Shown here: piece after piece, positions 48,469 to 59,063 of the stretch
Numbering within the stretch: the stretch's first letter is position 1
Layout: each line of letters begins with the position of its first letter
From: Fibrobacteria bacterium
Lineage (GTDB): Bacteria > Fibrobacterota > Fibrobacteria > UBA11236
Assembly (NCBI GenBank): GCA_043732185.1
Contig: JAYTHY010000050.1
Coordinates: 4,067-68,066 of the forward strand
Length of the DNA: 64,000 nucleotides
Direction: 5' to 3'
Notes under the pieces: model-generated
What the model was told of the DNA's origin: nothing
Seen by the model: only the letters and a program-made list of their open reading frames with translations
Databases searched by the model: none
Made by a program: the position numbers and the translations under genes

Positions 48469-50895
48469 ATGCCGCGGCGTAACCCGTTTCTTATTGGTGT
48501 ATTCCTTATATCGTTCGCCGTATTATTGTTCCAGGTGGTGCAAACCCGTATTCTGTCGGTAATTGCCTGGTATTATCTGGCCTTTTTTGCAATCAGTGTC
48601 GCGATGCTTGGCATGACGGCGGGCGCCGTCTGGGTATATCTCAAGCGCGCTCAACTGTCTCCGGATAAGTTGTCTACGTTGCTAGCTGACACTTCTCTAC
48701 TGACTGCCGTATCAATGCCCGCCTCGGTCATGGTACAATTTTGTTTAATAACCACCTTAGTTCCAGCAATTACTTCGCTTTTCGCATGGTCCTTGTTGAT
48801 GACGGCGATGGCGTTACCTTATGTTTTTGCCGGCATCACCCTTAGCTTAGCCCTGACCCGAAGCCCTTTTCCCGTTAGCTTGGTTTACGGTGTCGATCTA
48901 TTGGGCGCTGCACTTGGCTGCGCGGCAGTGATCGGTGTTTTGAACGTACTTGACGGACCTTCAGCGATTCTCCTTGCTGGCTTGTTTGCGGGCATTGCTG
49001 CGTATACTTTTGCACTTGGTGCCACCGCATCCGAGAAAGCGCTCTTCGCACAACGCGGACGCTGGCGCCGCCCGCTGACGGTTAGCCTCTTTATGGCCAT
49101 TTTGATTCCACTTAATGTAGCGAGTCCTTACGGCTTCAAGCCGGTGATGGTTAAGGACGCCTTCGAATGGGGCTTTCACTCGCGTACAGAGCGTTGGAAC
49201 TCTTATTCCCGCATCCTCGCGTACCCGCCGGTGATCGCACCACCGTATTTGTGGGGCCCTTCTCCCCTGCGCGACAGCACAATTTTTGTTCCACAAGCCT
49301 CGATGAATATCGACGGAGCCGCCGGCACCGCCATGCACCACTTTGACGGGACGAAGGGGTCCATCGACTTCTTAAGGTATGATCTTGTCAATCTGGCTTA
49401 TAACTTACCGGGTATCGAAAAGTCCGCCGTCATCGGGGTCGGTGGTGGCCGTGATTTGCTTGCCGCTCATTTGTTTGGCGTAAAGGATATAACCGGCGTA
49501 GAGTTGAACAGCATATTCATTGATTTGCATACCAAGGATCCTTTCTACGCGCCTTTCTCAAATTTAATGGCGGTGCCCGGTTTGAAACTACATGTGGATG
49601 ACGCTCGGTCTTGGTTCGCTGCGACCCATGAATCCTTCGATCTGATCCAGATGAGCATGATAGACACTTGGGCGGCTACAGGCGCAGGCGCTTTTACCCT
49701 TAGCGAGAACGGTCTGTATACTTTGGAAGGATGGCGTGCTTTTCTGAGTCGGCTTACCGGCGATGGCATCTTTACGGTAAGTCGATGGTATAGTGCCGGA
49801 AACATCAACGAGTCTGGCCGCATGATTTCCTTGGCAATGGCGGCACTGTTCGACCTCGGCGTCAAAGCTCCACGCCAGCACATATTCGTAGCGAGCGCTG
49901 ACAAGATTGCCACACTTGTGTTGTCGAAGAGCCCGCTTACACCGGACAAACTGATCCTGCTTAAAAACCAGACGGAGAAACTCGGTTTCAAAGTGCTCGT
50001 CACGCCGGATGCGGAACCGGAATCCGCCATTTTACAACAGATTGTTACTGCAACGGATATAGCGAGCATCAACCAAGTTACCAGCAAGACATTTCTCGAT
50101 CTAAGCGTCCCAACTGATAACAAGCCGTTTTTTTTCAACCAACTGCGCTTTAGAGATATTCCTCATTTTATTAAAATGAGGCAAAGCAACCAGTTGGGCA
50201 GCGGCGTACTCGGTGGCAATCTACGCGCCTCCATGGCATTGGTATTGATTCTTGTGATTGCGTTCATGGCCGTAGTTTGCACAATCGTGCTGCCTCTTCG
50301 TGCAACGGCAAAATCAGCGTCACGTCGCCTTATAGCAATCGGAACAAGCTATTTCTCCCTAATCGGAGCAGGCTTTATGCTCACGGAAATTTCCTTGCTC
50401 CAATTTTTCAGCGTGTTCCTTGGTCACCCAATCTATGCGATGGGCGTATGCCTGTTCAGCCTGATTCTATCAAGCGGTCTGGGCAGTCTGGCTTCGGGTC
50501 GATTTCCACTCAACACCCCTCGCCGCATTACCTTATGGGGGGCGAGTGTCGGCGGGTACCTACTGCTGGCTCAATGGGGGCTGACTCACCTCTTTGAGCG
50601 GACGACGTCACAACCATTATCAGTGCGCATTTTAATTTCGCTGGCGATCGTGATTCCAGTCGGATTTCTGCTGGGATTCGCCTTTCCTACGGGGATGTCA
50701 CTGGTAAAGAAATTGGACTCTGAACCAACACCCTGGTTTTGGGGCATCAATGGTGCGACCGGTGTGCTCGCCTCGGTTCTCGGCGTAATGGTGAGTATGG
50801 CATTTGGTATTAATGTAACGATGTTCCTGGCTGGGCTGTGTTACTTGCTGCTGGTGCCTACTGGACGATTACTGCTTGCAGAGTCAGGACCTTAA
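48469..50895 (+). CDS. Polytopic membrane protein with spermidine-synthase-like SAM-binding domain
   Basis: N- and C-terminal TM bundles (YGVDLLGAALGC; FWGING..SVL) flanking VIGVGGGRD, GVELN, DDARSW and SENGLYTLE. Confidence 0.85.
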   Translation: MPRRNPFLIGVFLISFAVLLFQVVQTRILSVIAWYYLAFFAISVAMLGMTAGAVWVYLKRAQLSPDKLSTLLADTSLLTAVSMPASVMVQFCLITTLVPAITSLFAWSLLMTAMALPYVFAGITLSLALTRSPFPVSLVYGVDLLGAALGCAAVIGVLNVLDGPSAILLAGLFAGIAAYTFALGATASEKALFAQRGRWRRPLTVSLFMAILIPLNVASPYGFKPVMVKDAFEWGFHSRTERWNSYSRILAYPPVIAPPYLWGPSPLRDSTIFVPQASMNIDGAAGTAMHHFDGTKGSIDFLRYDLVNLAYNLPGIEKSAVIGVGGGRDLLAAHLFGVKDITGVELNSIFIDLHTKDPFYAPFSNLMAVPGLKLHVDDARSWFAATHESFDLIQMSMIDTWAATGAGAFTLSENGLYTLEGWRAFLSRLTGDGIFTVSRWYSAGNINESGRMISLAMAALFDLGVKAPRQHIFVASADKIATLVLSKSPLTPDKLILLKNQTEKLGFKVLVTPDAEPESAILQQIVTATDIASINQVTSKTFLDLSVPTDNKPFFFNQLRFRDIPHFIKMRQSNQLGSGVLGGNLRASMALVLILVIAFMAVVCTIVLPLRATAKSASRRLIAIGTSYFSLIGAGFMLTEISLLQFFSVFLGHPIYAMGVCLFSLILSSGLGSLASGRFPLNTPRRITLWGASVGGYLLLAQWGLTHLFERTTSQPLSVRILISLAIVIPVGFLLGFAFPTGMSLVKKLDSEPTPWFWGINGATGVLASVLGVMVSMAFGINVTMFLAGLCYLLLVPTGRLLLAESGP

Positions 50896-50907
50896 GCCAC
50901 AACCAGC

Positions 50908-51366
50908 CTACTTCACTTCTCCGTGTAAAAAAGCCATTCCTTCCACGCAGCGGATATACTCTGTCAAAGCCTGCTTGTCATCCATCTGGCCAGAGGCCAA
51001 ACCCACCTCCAAGATTTCCAACTTGGCGCTACAGATTTGGGCTTGAGCCACATTCTCGTCCAAATTGTGAGATTTCAAAAGCTGTAATGTCACAGTCGCG
51101 ATCAAGGAAGAAACTGCCGCTGCGCCACAGAGAATTTGCCAGCTGGGAGAACTAAGTCCAAATATCCCGGACAGCCATGCCGTGAAAGATTTGCCGCCCA
51201 GAGCTGGGCCTGCAGTAAGCAATGCGGAAAGGCTGCCTGCAAAAATAGATGTGTTGACCAAATGCCGTTTTCGAGGCTTGGCTTTCGCCAGGTAGGTACT
51301 CACCTGAAGATTTTTGTCCTTGATGCGCGCATTTAAATCCAGAAGAACGCTGGCTTTATCTATCAT
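50908..51366 (-). CDS. Two-TM hypothetical protein, SLATT-like
   Basis: N-helix, two hydrophobic helices and a C-terminal helical tail (AKLEILEVGL); start ATG 51366. Confidence 0.55.
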   Translation of the reverse strand: MIDKASVLLDLNARIKDKNLQVSTYLAKAKPRKRHLVNTSIFAGSLSALLTAGPALGGKSFTAWLSGIFGLSSPSWQILCGAAAVSSLIATVTLQLLKSHNLDENVAQAQICSAKLEILEVGLASGQMDDKQALTEYIRCVEGMAFLHGEVK

Positions 51367-51516
51367 AGGCGGCCACTTTCTTTTACTTCGTCCTGTGCAA
51401 AATAAAATTAAATCCGAAGTGTTGGAGCGAGTAAAGTAGGCCGTGGGCGATATGGTTTTTATAGCCGACATGGCCATCACAAATACGATGATGTCTGATT
51501 GGAAATAGCGAAAAAG

Positions 51517-51593
51517 TGGGGTGGACGACGGGACTTGAACCCGCGGCCAGCGGAACCACAATCCGCTGCTCTACCAACTGAGCTACGACCACC
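51517..51593 (-). tRNA. tRNA-His (GTG)
   Basis: G-1 GTGGTCG TA GCTC AGTTGGTA GAGC A GCGGA TTGTGGT TCCGC TGGCC GCGGG TTCAAGT CCCGT CGTCCAC C CCA; G-1, C73 and CCA are encoded. Confidence 0.98.
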
Positions 51594-51625
51594 ACGAGAT
51601 GGCCAAACTTAGAAAGGACGGGTAC

Positions 51626-51880
51626 TTATGCCAAGGCAGTTGCTTGAAGTGGCATTAGCGGGGACATTTGCTTGTCCGCATTGTCGATTTCCGGACGGTT
51701 CATACTCGCCTCATTGCCATTAGCTTCCATTCCAAACGACGCCGGACGGGGAGGTGGGAGAAGTTTTACGGTAAACTGGTTGTCATCAAACTTTCGGTTT
51801 TCGAAGTACATAAAGACAGAAAAGCCCAATAGAAACAGGGAAAATCCGGACAAATAGATGTATAAAACGGAGGCCAGCAT
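51626..51880 (-). CDS. Small single-TM hypothetical protein
   Basis: ATG 51880; N-terminal hydrophobic helix then a Pro-rich polar tail. Confidence 0.45.
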   Translation of the reverse strand: MLASVLYIYLSGFSLFLLGFSVFMYFENRKFDDNQFTVKLLPPPRPASFGMEANGNEASMNRPEIDNADKQMSPLMPLQATALA

Positions 51881-52114
51881 TTCGCTAGTATAGCACCTGG
51901 AATTTTTGCCTGTCCAGGGGTAAGGGGAAAATACCTGTCCCTTTCGGTACAACGATACCCGAATCAACGGCTCGGATTCTGCAATAAACTTTGAGAATCC
52001 CAGGCCTTTTGGGAAAGTGTAGAGTATCTTTTGAGTCATTCTGGCGCTATGCAGAAACGGGAACATTGGCTTTCCGCTGCCTCCAAAATTGTCCAGAGAA
52101 GGGGTGAGGGGATT

Positions 52115-54163
52115 ATGCCTTCCAGCGTTTTTCGGCTACCTGCCGTTGTCAAGGTTGCGGTCTTTGTGGCCGCGTGCAGCGTCTGGTTACTGACCAGTTG
52201 CAATATTTTTTCGCCGCTCGCCGCGGACAGCCAAAAGGACTTGAACTACCACGGTTTGATTCTGCGAGGCAATCAGGCCATCAATGACAAAGACTATGCC
52301 GCAGCCGAGAGTTATTTTGCCGATGCCATGGCCATGAATCCAAAGGGTTCCGAGGCCTATTTGTACCGATCCAAGGCGCTGGTCAATAAGTACAAGATCG
52401 ACTACAACTCCCTCAATGATGAATTCAAACTTCGACGGGGAAACGATCCGGATACAACCAAACGCAAGAAGGGCATACCCTTTATCGACTCCAACACCAC
52501 TATAGAGGGTATCGATAGCATCTATTACCCCATCGCTCAGTCGGTTGAGGATCTGGAACATATCATCCGCAAAAAAAGTACGACCATCGCGTTGGAAGCG
52601 GGATTTTCCTTGACACCAGACGGGGATACTGCCAGCGATGGTGTTATATCCGAAGGCGTGGCTCGATTGGACTTGGGCTTATTGGAAGCCGTCAAGGCCA
52701 TGCTTGGACCTTTGGATTTGGACAATGACAACCATATCAGCAAAATTTGCGGCAAGAACATCTGCCCTAATTTGGATGCGACCTGCAAAGCTTCCACAGC
52801 GTATCTGAGTCATTGCAAAGAGGGTGAAAGATCTGAAATCATCCGGTTCGATAATTTCAAACTGCTGACCAAAAATCTCGACATCAACAAGCTGAGTAGC
52901 GATGATGTGCGCGCTCGCCAGGTTTCTTCAAACCCTAACGACATCAATGCCTTTCTGGATAAAATGGCGGGTCCGGTAGCGGGTTCTAACTTTAATCTAG
53001 ATTCCGTTACTGGAGCCATGGATCAGCACAATGAAGCGAAACTCAGTTCAAATTTGGCCGAGATAGTCGGCAACATCAAGGACCTGAGCTTCTTCTTAGC
53101 CTATATGCGGTATAACGATGGCATCGACAATGACTATGACGCTTCCTCCCTATCCGGCATAGGCCCACCCATGATTTGGCATGACTATGACCGCGATGGC
53201 CATGTGCGCTGGGATTATGATGATGTCACGACTCTCGTGGGATACGAAACCGCTGCAAATCCAGAAGTACACAATTTTGGCCATCCGGTTCATCGCCGTT
53301 TGCATCCTGAGCTCTATGTAAAGTTTACCGACACGGATTGGACAAGGCGCGCTGTAGCCAAGGACACTTCCAAGAATTCACGAAAAGCCAGGATGATCCA
53401 ACACTGCCAGGATATCGTTGACGGGCTGGCTACCGCTCCTTCCTCTAAAATCGATGACATTTTCAAGCTGAAATTGAAAATGGAAACCTGTTCCACTACC
53501 ACTACCATCCTAAAGCCTGGTATCAAGCCTCCTGCTCGCAGCGATTGGATTAGCGGCACTTATGGAATCGATGAGGAGGAAGTGGATGATCGAGACAATG
53601 ACTATGACGGCATACAAGATGAAGACGCACGCAATTCCAAGGGGATGGATGATGACGATGACGCCTTGCTCGATATGACTATGATCGGTAAGGTGCCTCA
53701 GCCAATGGTGTGGGCGGATGTGGCCGGACATATGAACGCCTGTCCGGATATCGACGTGACCAAACCGATGCTGGATGCCCCGCTATCCCGGCAGTTTTGC
53801 ATTGGCTCCCTGGAACACCGACTATACCTGGCTCAGCACGGCACAGGCTCCAACCCGCTACAATCCGCTAAAGACACCTTGAAGCTTTATTATTCGGAAT
53901 TCATCGGAGAAGGGCCTAACAAAAACTGCTTGGAGGACTATGACAAGCTGGACTCGGCATTTAAGACAAAAGTTGGCCTGGGTGCCCGCACGGAGTCTGC
54001 CACCAAGCAGATTGTGGATCTAGCCTGTCACTTTAAACATATTTGGATCCGTGTCCGTCCCGCCAATTCAGAATGGACAGCGGGTGTATTGGGCATTGAT
54101 GAAGAAGTAGCGGACGGAATCGATAATGATGGCGATGGCTGGATTGACGAGGATATAAAATGA
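52115..54163 (+). CDS. Lipoprotein with TPR and DGIDNDxDG-type acidic repeats
   Basis: Lipobox LLTSC; TPR (GNQAINDKDYAAAE...NPKGSEAY); NDGIDNDYD, DEE..DDRDNDYDGIQDED, DEE.ADGIDNDGDGWIDED; many Cys residues. Confidence 0.8.
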   Translation: MPSSVFRLPAVVKVAVFVAACSVWLLTSCNIFSPLAADSQKDLNYHGLILRGNQAINDKDYAAAESYFADAMAMNPKGSEAYLYRSKALVNKYKIDYNSLNDEFKLRRGNDPDTTKRKKGIPFIDSNTTIEGIDSIYYPIAQSVEDLEHIIRKKSTTIALEAGFSLTPDGDTASDGVISEGVARLDLGLLEAVKAMLGPLDLDNDNHISKICGKNICPNLDATCKASTAYLSHCKEGERSEIIRFDNFKLLTKNLDINKLSSDDVRARQVSSNPNDINAFLDKMAGPVAGSNFNLDSVTGAMDQHNEAKLSSNLAEIVGNIKDLSFFLAYMRYNDGIDNDYDASSLSGIGPPMIWHDYDRDGHVRWDYDDVTTLVGYETAANPEVHNFGHPVHRRLHPELYVKFTDTDWTRRAVAKDTSKNSRKARMIQHCQDIVDGLATAPSSKIDDIFKLKLKMETCSTTTTILKPGIKPPARSDWISGTYGIDEEEVDDRDNDYDGIQDEDARNSKGMDDDDDALLDMTMIGKVPQPMVWADVAGHMNACPDIDVTKPMLDAPLSRQFCIGSLEHRLYLAQHGTGSNPLQSAKDTLKLYYSEFIGEGPNKNCLEDYDKLDSAFKTKVGLGARTESATKQIVDLACHFKHIWIRVRPANSEWTAGVLGIDEEVADGIDNDGDGWIDEDIK

Positions 54164-55296
54164 GCAACGTGAAATCTACTTTTTCCACTTCACGTCTTTT
54201 GCTGAGTGCCTTGCTAGCTGGCGCATCCCTTGCCGCAGCAGAAGCAGGTCCACAGTACCGCGATTTACAATCACAAGCCATGGGCCGCACGGGTGTGGCT
54301 TCTTCCAAAGGTGTGGGCTCCTTGTTTCTCAACCCGGCAGCCCTGGGAGGCGAGAATAAACTCGGTGGTGGCTTTGTCGCGGATATTGGACTGAATTCCA
54401 TTCTCTTGGACTATGCCGCTTGGGCTGCCAAGAATTACAAGTATTTAAATAGCACCGATTCCCTGTTGACTCGAATTGGCGAAGTGGACAACAAGTGGGC
54501 GCCCTTCTCACAGACCAGCATGCTGTACGGAAATTTTCAGGGGACTTCCGTTGCTGCGCTGATCGACACGCGCTATGATTTGACCATAGGCAAAGCGGTA
54601 GTAACACCTGTTCCCGGAGTGGGTGCGCTTTCGGATTTGATCGTAACCGTGGGGCGTGGATATCAGGCGCCGGAGGGCTATAATTTCGGATTCGCCCTTA
54701 AATATTACTATCGACTGGCATTACCCAGCCGCCTGGTTGGAACCACCGATGACGCCTTCTACAAAGTCAAACAAGCCTGGGAACAACCGGACCATGGCTG
54801 GACGGACAAGCTCAAAAAAATCGGTGTAGCCGGCGACATTGCCGATACCAAGCAAGCCTTTGGCGTAAATCTGGGAGCGGAAAAGGCTGTGGACGAGAAT
54901 TGGACCGCGGGCATTTCCTTGCTGGATTTTCCCACTATTATGGACGCCAGCTTTGTTCGGCCCGATATCAATCTTGGATTAACCTATCATCGTAATCTGG
55001 ATCTGGTCGAGGACTTGGAAAACAAACTCATCGTCAATCTGGACTTCCAACGCTTTCTCCTGCCCGGCACGCCATGGTTCAAGCAGATCAAAACGGGTGT
55101 GGCCATTGAAGGCTATATGCACAAGCGACCGGTCAGCTATGTGGCAATGGGCTTTAACGATGGGTACCCGACCTTCGGCCTTCGATTTGGGTATATCCTT
55201 TACTTCAGCTATGTATACGTAGCCGAAGAAATCGGCACCTATCCCGGACAGGAAAAGCTCAGCTTCCATAAGCTTGCTCTGCAATTGGAACTCTAA
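54160..55296 (+). CDS. Outer-membrane beta-barrel, FadL/PorV/TraF_2-like
   Basis: Signal peptide; AMGRTGVA...SLFLNPAAL plug motif; GFNDGYPTFG...EEIGTYPGQ C-terminal strands; ATGA overlap with the lipoprotein. Confidence 0.75.
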   Translation: MSNVKSTFSTSRLLLSALLAGASLAAAEAGPQYRDLQSQAMGRTGVASSKGVGSLFLNPAALGGENKLGGGFVADIGLNSILLDYAAWAAKNYKYLNSTDSLLTRIGEVDNKWAPFSQTSMLYGNFQGTSVAALIDTRYDLTIGKAVVTPVPGVGALSDLIVTVGRGYQAPEGYNFGFALKYYYRLALPSRLVGTTDDAFYKVKQAWEQPDHGWTDKLKKIGVAGDIADTKQAFGVNLGAEKAVDENWTAGISLLDFPTIMDASFVRPDINLGLTYHRNLDLVEDLENKLIVNLDFQRFLLPGTPWFKQIKTGVAIEGYMHKRPVSYVAMGFNDGYPTFGLRFGYILYFSYVYVAEEIGTYPGQEKLSFHKLALQLEL

Positions 55297-55312
55297 GCCG
55301 GGAATTCAGGCG

Positions 55313-56182
55313 TTACCTGGACGTCGCCGCCAATTTATCCAAAATGGTGCCATGGGTCACGCCGTTGGAAGCGATAATTCCATGCGTCATCACAAGGTTG
55401 GGATCCCGAAAATTTAGTGGGTGACCCTTGAGGTCCGTAACCCGACCACCCGCCTCTTCCAGAATCACTTGCGTAGCTCCTAAATCCCATAAGGCCATGG
55501 GGTTTTGTGGCGGGGAAACAAAGGCCGTGTACTCGCCCCTAGCAATTTCGTTGATTTTTAAAGAGCCGTTCATTCGATGGCAAGAGGGATTGCCCAGTCG
55601 TTTTAAGAGATCGAGCAATTCGGGCGTCTTCTGCCGTCCATGCGAAAGGATAAGATTCAGTTTGGTCAAAGGGGAAACTTTAACCTGCAAAACTTTCACA
55701 AGATCAGGTCGCGGTCCTGCAAAGGCCCGATAGGCGCCTTCGCCCTGCGCTGCAAAATAGAGTTCGCCCAGCTCCGGCTTATAGGTCATGCCAACCACCG
55801 GTTTTCCATCCAAAGCCAAGGCAAGCAGGATGCCATAATGCTGGCCGTTCAGTATATAACTCGAAGTGGAATCCAATGGGTCCAGAAGCCAGCAGCGCTT
55901 AGCGACCAGCCAGGGTGCGCTAGTTTTGGTTAGGGTGTAGGTTTCCTCGTTGAGAATGGCGTCATCGGGAAATTTTTTTTCGATTTCTGCATCTAGAAAA
56001 ACAGCGCAGGCATGGTCGACTTGAGTGACAATGGAGTTGTCGGACTTATAGGCGATCTCCGGGCCCGTTTCCTTGCCTGCCAAAAGGATTTTTCCTGCCG
56101 CCAGAATGGTCGAATACATGAATTCCAATTCCGTGGCATAACGGGACGCTGCAAAAACCTTTAACATATTTGAATGATACAC
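55313..56182 (-). CDS. Inositol monophosphatase family (CysQ-like)
   Basis: ILNEE, WLLDPLDST, WDLGA.QVILEEAGG.VTD. Confidence 0.9.
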   Translation of the reverse strand: MYHSNMLKVFAASRYATELEFMYSTILAAGKILLAGKETGPEIAYKSDNSIVTQVDHACAVFLDAEIEKKFPDDAILNEETYTLTKTSAPWLVAKRCWLLDPLDSTSSYILNGQHYGILLALALDGKPVVGMTYKPELGELYFAAQGEGAYRAFAGPRPDLVKVLQVKVSPLTKLNLILSHGRQKTPELLDLLKRLGNPSCHRMNGSLKINEIARGEYTAFVSPPQNPMALWDLGATQVILEEAGGRVTDLKGHPLNFRDPNLVMTHGIIASNGVTHGTILDKLAATSR

Positions 56183-56252
56183 TTTCTAAAGTCGAAAGGG
56201 CCCTTTCTAGAGCTGAAAGGGTTTAAAGGGCCTAAAAGCCTATGTCTTTGAC

Positions 56253-57311
56253 CTATAATCGGCGGATGAAACGGTGAAAACGTCCCAGAAAATCAAACTT
56301 TTCGTGGAAGGTGCCTGGCGAAGTGGCGAGAGGCTTTCCAGTCACAAGGGGTTGCGGATGCAATGCAGTTGGCACTGTTAACATCCCCTGATTTCTTAAC
56401 CAGGCGGCACATAACCAGGGCCAGGAGGCTAGACCAGTGTCCAGCTTCGCATTACCAATGTAGCCACCCATTCCAAATCCATGCGGCCCATGATCAAAGA
56501 GATTCAGCTGCGCGGGTACCTTGGCTTTAAGGCATGAGTCGTAATACATCTGGCTGTTGGCCACATTCACAACACCATCGTCCCTGCCATGCACTAAAAA
56601 GGCTGGGGAGGTTTTAGCCGTTACCTGCTTTTCATTGGAGAGAAGATTAATCAAAGCGGCACTGGGCGCATTTCCGAGCAGGTTGTCGCGCGATCCTACA
56701 TGCGTAAAAGGATCGGTCATCGTGATGACGGGATAAATCAAAATGGAAAAGTCAGGGCGGCAGGAGTACCTGTCGATGGGATCCACAGCACCCGGCGCTC
56801 CGGAATCAAAATGAGTCGCGGCCGTTGCTGCCAAATGGCCACCAGCGGAAAAACCCATGATGCCAACCCGCTTGACATCGATTTTAAACCGTGTGGCATT
56901 GGCCCGCACCCATCTTAGCGCGCGCTGTGCATCATTCATTTCAATCGGATGATGATACTTGGGGCCCAATCGATATTTAAGCACAAAGGCGGAGACGCCC
57001 AAGGTATTCATCCAAACGGCTTCATCCACGCCCTCATAACTTGTAGCCAAAGACCAATAAGCACCACCAGGACAAATCACTACTGCTGCGCCGTTAAGTT
57101 TGGCTCCAGAAGCAGGATAGACCAGGACGGAGGGTTTATCGCCGTCGGCAGTGCCCAAAGCGCCCGGCGCCCCCTGCGGCCAGAGCAATTCGGCTGTCTG
57201 GGCATTTAATCCTGATACGAACAGAGCTATACCCAGTGCCAGAACCTTGAAGGCCTTAAGGCTGAATCCAACCATCGGACGCTTTACTTCTCGGTTTTTC
57301 AGAAATGGCAT
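56253..57311 (-). CDS. Secreted alpha/beta hydrolase (carbohydrate esterase-like)
   Basis: CPGGAY, GFSAGG, VHGRDD, HGFG; signal peptide; short tail FDFLGR. Confidence 0.9.
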   Translation of the reverse strand: MPFLKNREVKRPMVGFSLKAFKVLALGIALFVSGLNAQTAELLWPQGAPGALGTADGDKPSVLVYPASGAKLNGAAVVICPGGAYWSLATSYEGVDEAVWMNTLGVSAFVLKYRLGPKYHHPIEMNDAQRALRWVRANATRFKIDVKRVGIMGFSAGGHLAATAATHFDSGAPGAVDPIDRYSCRPDFSILIYPVITMTDPFTHVGSRDNLLGNAPSAALINLLSNEKQVTAKTSPAFLVHGRDDGVVNVANSQMYYDSCLKAKVPAQLNLFDHGPHGFGMGGYIGNAKLDTGLASWPWLCAAWLRNQGMLTVPTALHPQPLVTGKPLATSPGTFHEKFDFLGRFHRFIRRL

Positions 57312-57424
57312 TTTAACCCCCTAGCCAAAAAATAGGACTAAAGACAGAAAAGGGAAGGTCAAAAATAGTGAATATGGTAGCCTTGAGGCGGAAGCATCCG
57401 CATTCCGTCCTGCTTGGCCTGCAT

Positions 57425-57799
57425 TCAGCCTCGCTGAATGAACTTTAAGGCACAAACAATGAGCGCGCCCAATGCAGCTAAAAACAAAAAAGCCTTTGCT
57501 ACCATGGGCATTTTCTTTGGACCGTTCTCCTCATTGAGCCAGTTCGGGTTAGTTGGGGGCATTTCCTCCCCTATTTCGGCATCAGCGTCCGTATCATTTT
57601 CCTCGACAACATCAGGCACTGCGGGTGCGGTTTCCAAATTCGCCTCTAGGTCTTCCAATCCGCGCGATTTGGCTTCCGACAATATCATTTTCACGGCTAT
57701 TTCAGGCCCATCGCGGCGGCTCGCAGCGAGCATCATCAACAATTTCGCATCCGTAACGGTGGCTAATTTGGCTTCAAATTCAATCTCCGTCATCGGCAA
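57425..57799 (-). CDS. Hypothetical protein with acidic linker and C-terminal TM anchor
   Basis: 124-aa ORF; helical N-domain, D/E-rich linker, hydrophobic C-terminus. Confidence 0.65.
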   Translation of the reverse strand: MPMTEIEFEAKLATVTDAKLLMMLAASRRDGPEIAVKMILSEAKSRGLEDLEANLETAPAVPDVVEENDTDADAEIGEEMPPTNPNWLNEENGPKKMPMVAKAFLFLAALGALIVCALKFIQRG

Positions 57800-57994
57800 T
57801 ACCCTTTCGAAGAATCGATTTCCATTGGTTATAGTTTAGCAAACAACTCTAGTGTCGCGCAAAGACTTTAATTGCTGGTGCATCGACTTTTGGATTTCCA
57901 ACATAAGGCCAAACACTTTTTAGCCTGCCGGGTTTTTGTTAGCTTCTATAAGTGGAATACCACTGTTTTCAATTCAAATCCAAAGGAGCAAGCC

Positions 57995-59050
57995 TTGGCC
58001 GCTAGCAAAAAATCTCTTGGTGTCCGTTTCATAAAAAATGTTTTTGCACTAATCGTCTCCACCGCCTTGCCTTCCATGGCTGCTGCTGCGGACTCTCCCC
58101 CCAAAGCAACCACCGCGGCCTTGCCGGCCGGACTGTACGCGGAGTTCTATACGAATAAAGGAAAAATAACCACGGCTCTCGAATTCGAGAAAGTGCCCTT
58201 GACGGTGACCAATTTTGTGGGTCTGGCGGAAGGCACCAAAAAATCGAATAAACCAGCCGGTACGCGCTTCTATGATGGACTCTTGTTCCACCGTGTAATC
58301 GCCAATTTCATGATCCAAGGCGGTGACCCGGAAGGTACCGGAACCGGTGGACCGGGCTACCAATTTCAAGATGAGTTTGATGCCAGCTTGAAACATGACA
58401 AACCGGGTGTCTTATCCATGGCCAATGCCGGCCCCGGAACCAACGGTAGCCAGTTCTTCATCACCCACGTACCCACTCCCCATCTCGACGGAAAGCACAC
58501 TATTTTCGGCCATGTGGTAAGCGGTCAAGACGTTGTAAACGCCGTTGCCCAGAACGACCGTATGGACAGTGTTCGCATTGTCCGAGTAGGCCCCAAGGCC
58601 AAGAAATTCAAGGCAGATGAAGCCAGTTTCCAAGCCCTGATTGGCAAAAGTGCATCAGCTTTGGCAGATAAGAAAAAGAAAACCGAGGCTGAATTAAACG
58701 CATTGTTGAAAACCGCCAAAGCCACGCCCTCTGGCCTGAAATATATTGTGACACGTCCTGGCACCGGCCCCAAACCCAAGTCCGGCACTTCGATTCAGGT
58801 TCACTATGCAGGCCGTCTCACGGATGGTACGCCCTTCGACAACTCTTACACGCGAGGAGAGCCCATTGAATTCGCAGTCGGAACCGGCATGGTCATCCGC
58901 GGATGGGATGAGGCGTTATTGGATATGACTAAAGGCGAAAAACGCACTCTGATTATTCCGCCAAACCTAGCCTATGGCCCTGATGGACGCCCTCCTGCCA
59001 TCCCTCAGAATGCAACACTTATTTTTGATGTTGAACTGGTGGGATTCTAA
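57995..59050 (+). CDS. Bifunctional cyclophilin plus FKBP peptidyl-prolyl isomerase
   Basis: [29 protein letters not shown]; VHYAGRL, VIRGWDE, LAYG, LIFDVEL; AAGGAG RBS before TTG 57995. Confidence 0.95.
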   Translation: MAASKKSLGVRFIKNVFALIVSTALPSMAAAADSPPKATTAALPAGLYAEFYTNKGKITTALEFEKVPLTVTNFVGLAEGTKKSNKPAGTRFYDGLLFHRVIANFMIQGGDPEGTGTGGPGYQFQDEFDASLKHDKPGVLSMANAGPGTNGSQFFITHVPTPHLDGKHTIFGHVVSGQDVVNAVAQNDRMDSVRIVRVGPKAKKFKADEASFQALIGKSASALADKKKKTEAELNALLKTAKATPSGLKYIVTRPGTGPKPKSGTSIQVHYAGRLTDGTPFDNSYTRGEPIEFAVGTGMVIRGWDEALLDMTKGEKRTLIIPPNLAYGPDGRPPAIPQNATLIFDVELVGF

Positions 59051-59063
59051 AGGAGTGGGTACT

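Noticed and set aside
16313-51516. Possible integrative island anchored at tRNA-His
   Set aside because: No integrase, no duplicated tRNA 3' end (att site) found by eye, and the region includes core-like genes such as the DEAD-box helicase.
51517-51593. U5-U68 mismatch in the tRNA-His acceptor stem
   Set aside because: A single mismatch with all identity elements intact; not evidence of a pseudogene or editing.
51383-51595. 70-aa ORF MVVVAQLVEQRIVVP... and the N-terminal extension of ORF 50908-51561
   Set aside because: These are translations of the tRNA-His gene.
54160-55296. Interpretation as a conjugative traF gene
   Set aside because: No relaxase, T4SS or other tra genes in the window; the sequence reads as a generic outer-membrane barrel.
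56194-56207. 14-bp palindrome GAAAGGGCCCTTTC and nearby AAAGGG repeats
   Set aside because: Low complexity, with no loop or U-tract and no linked regulator.
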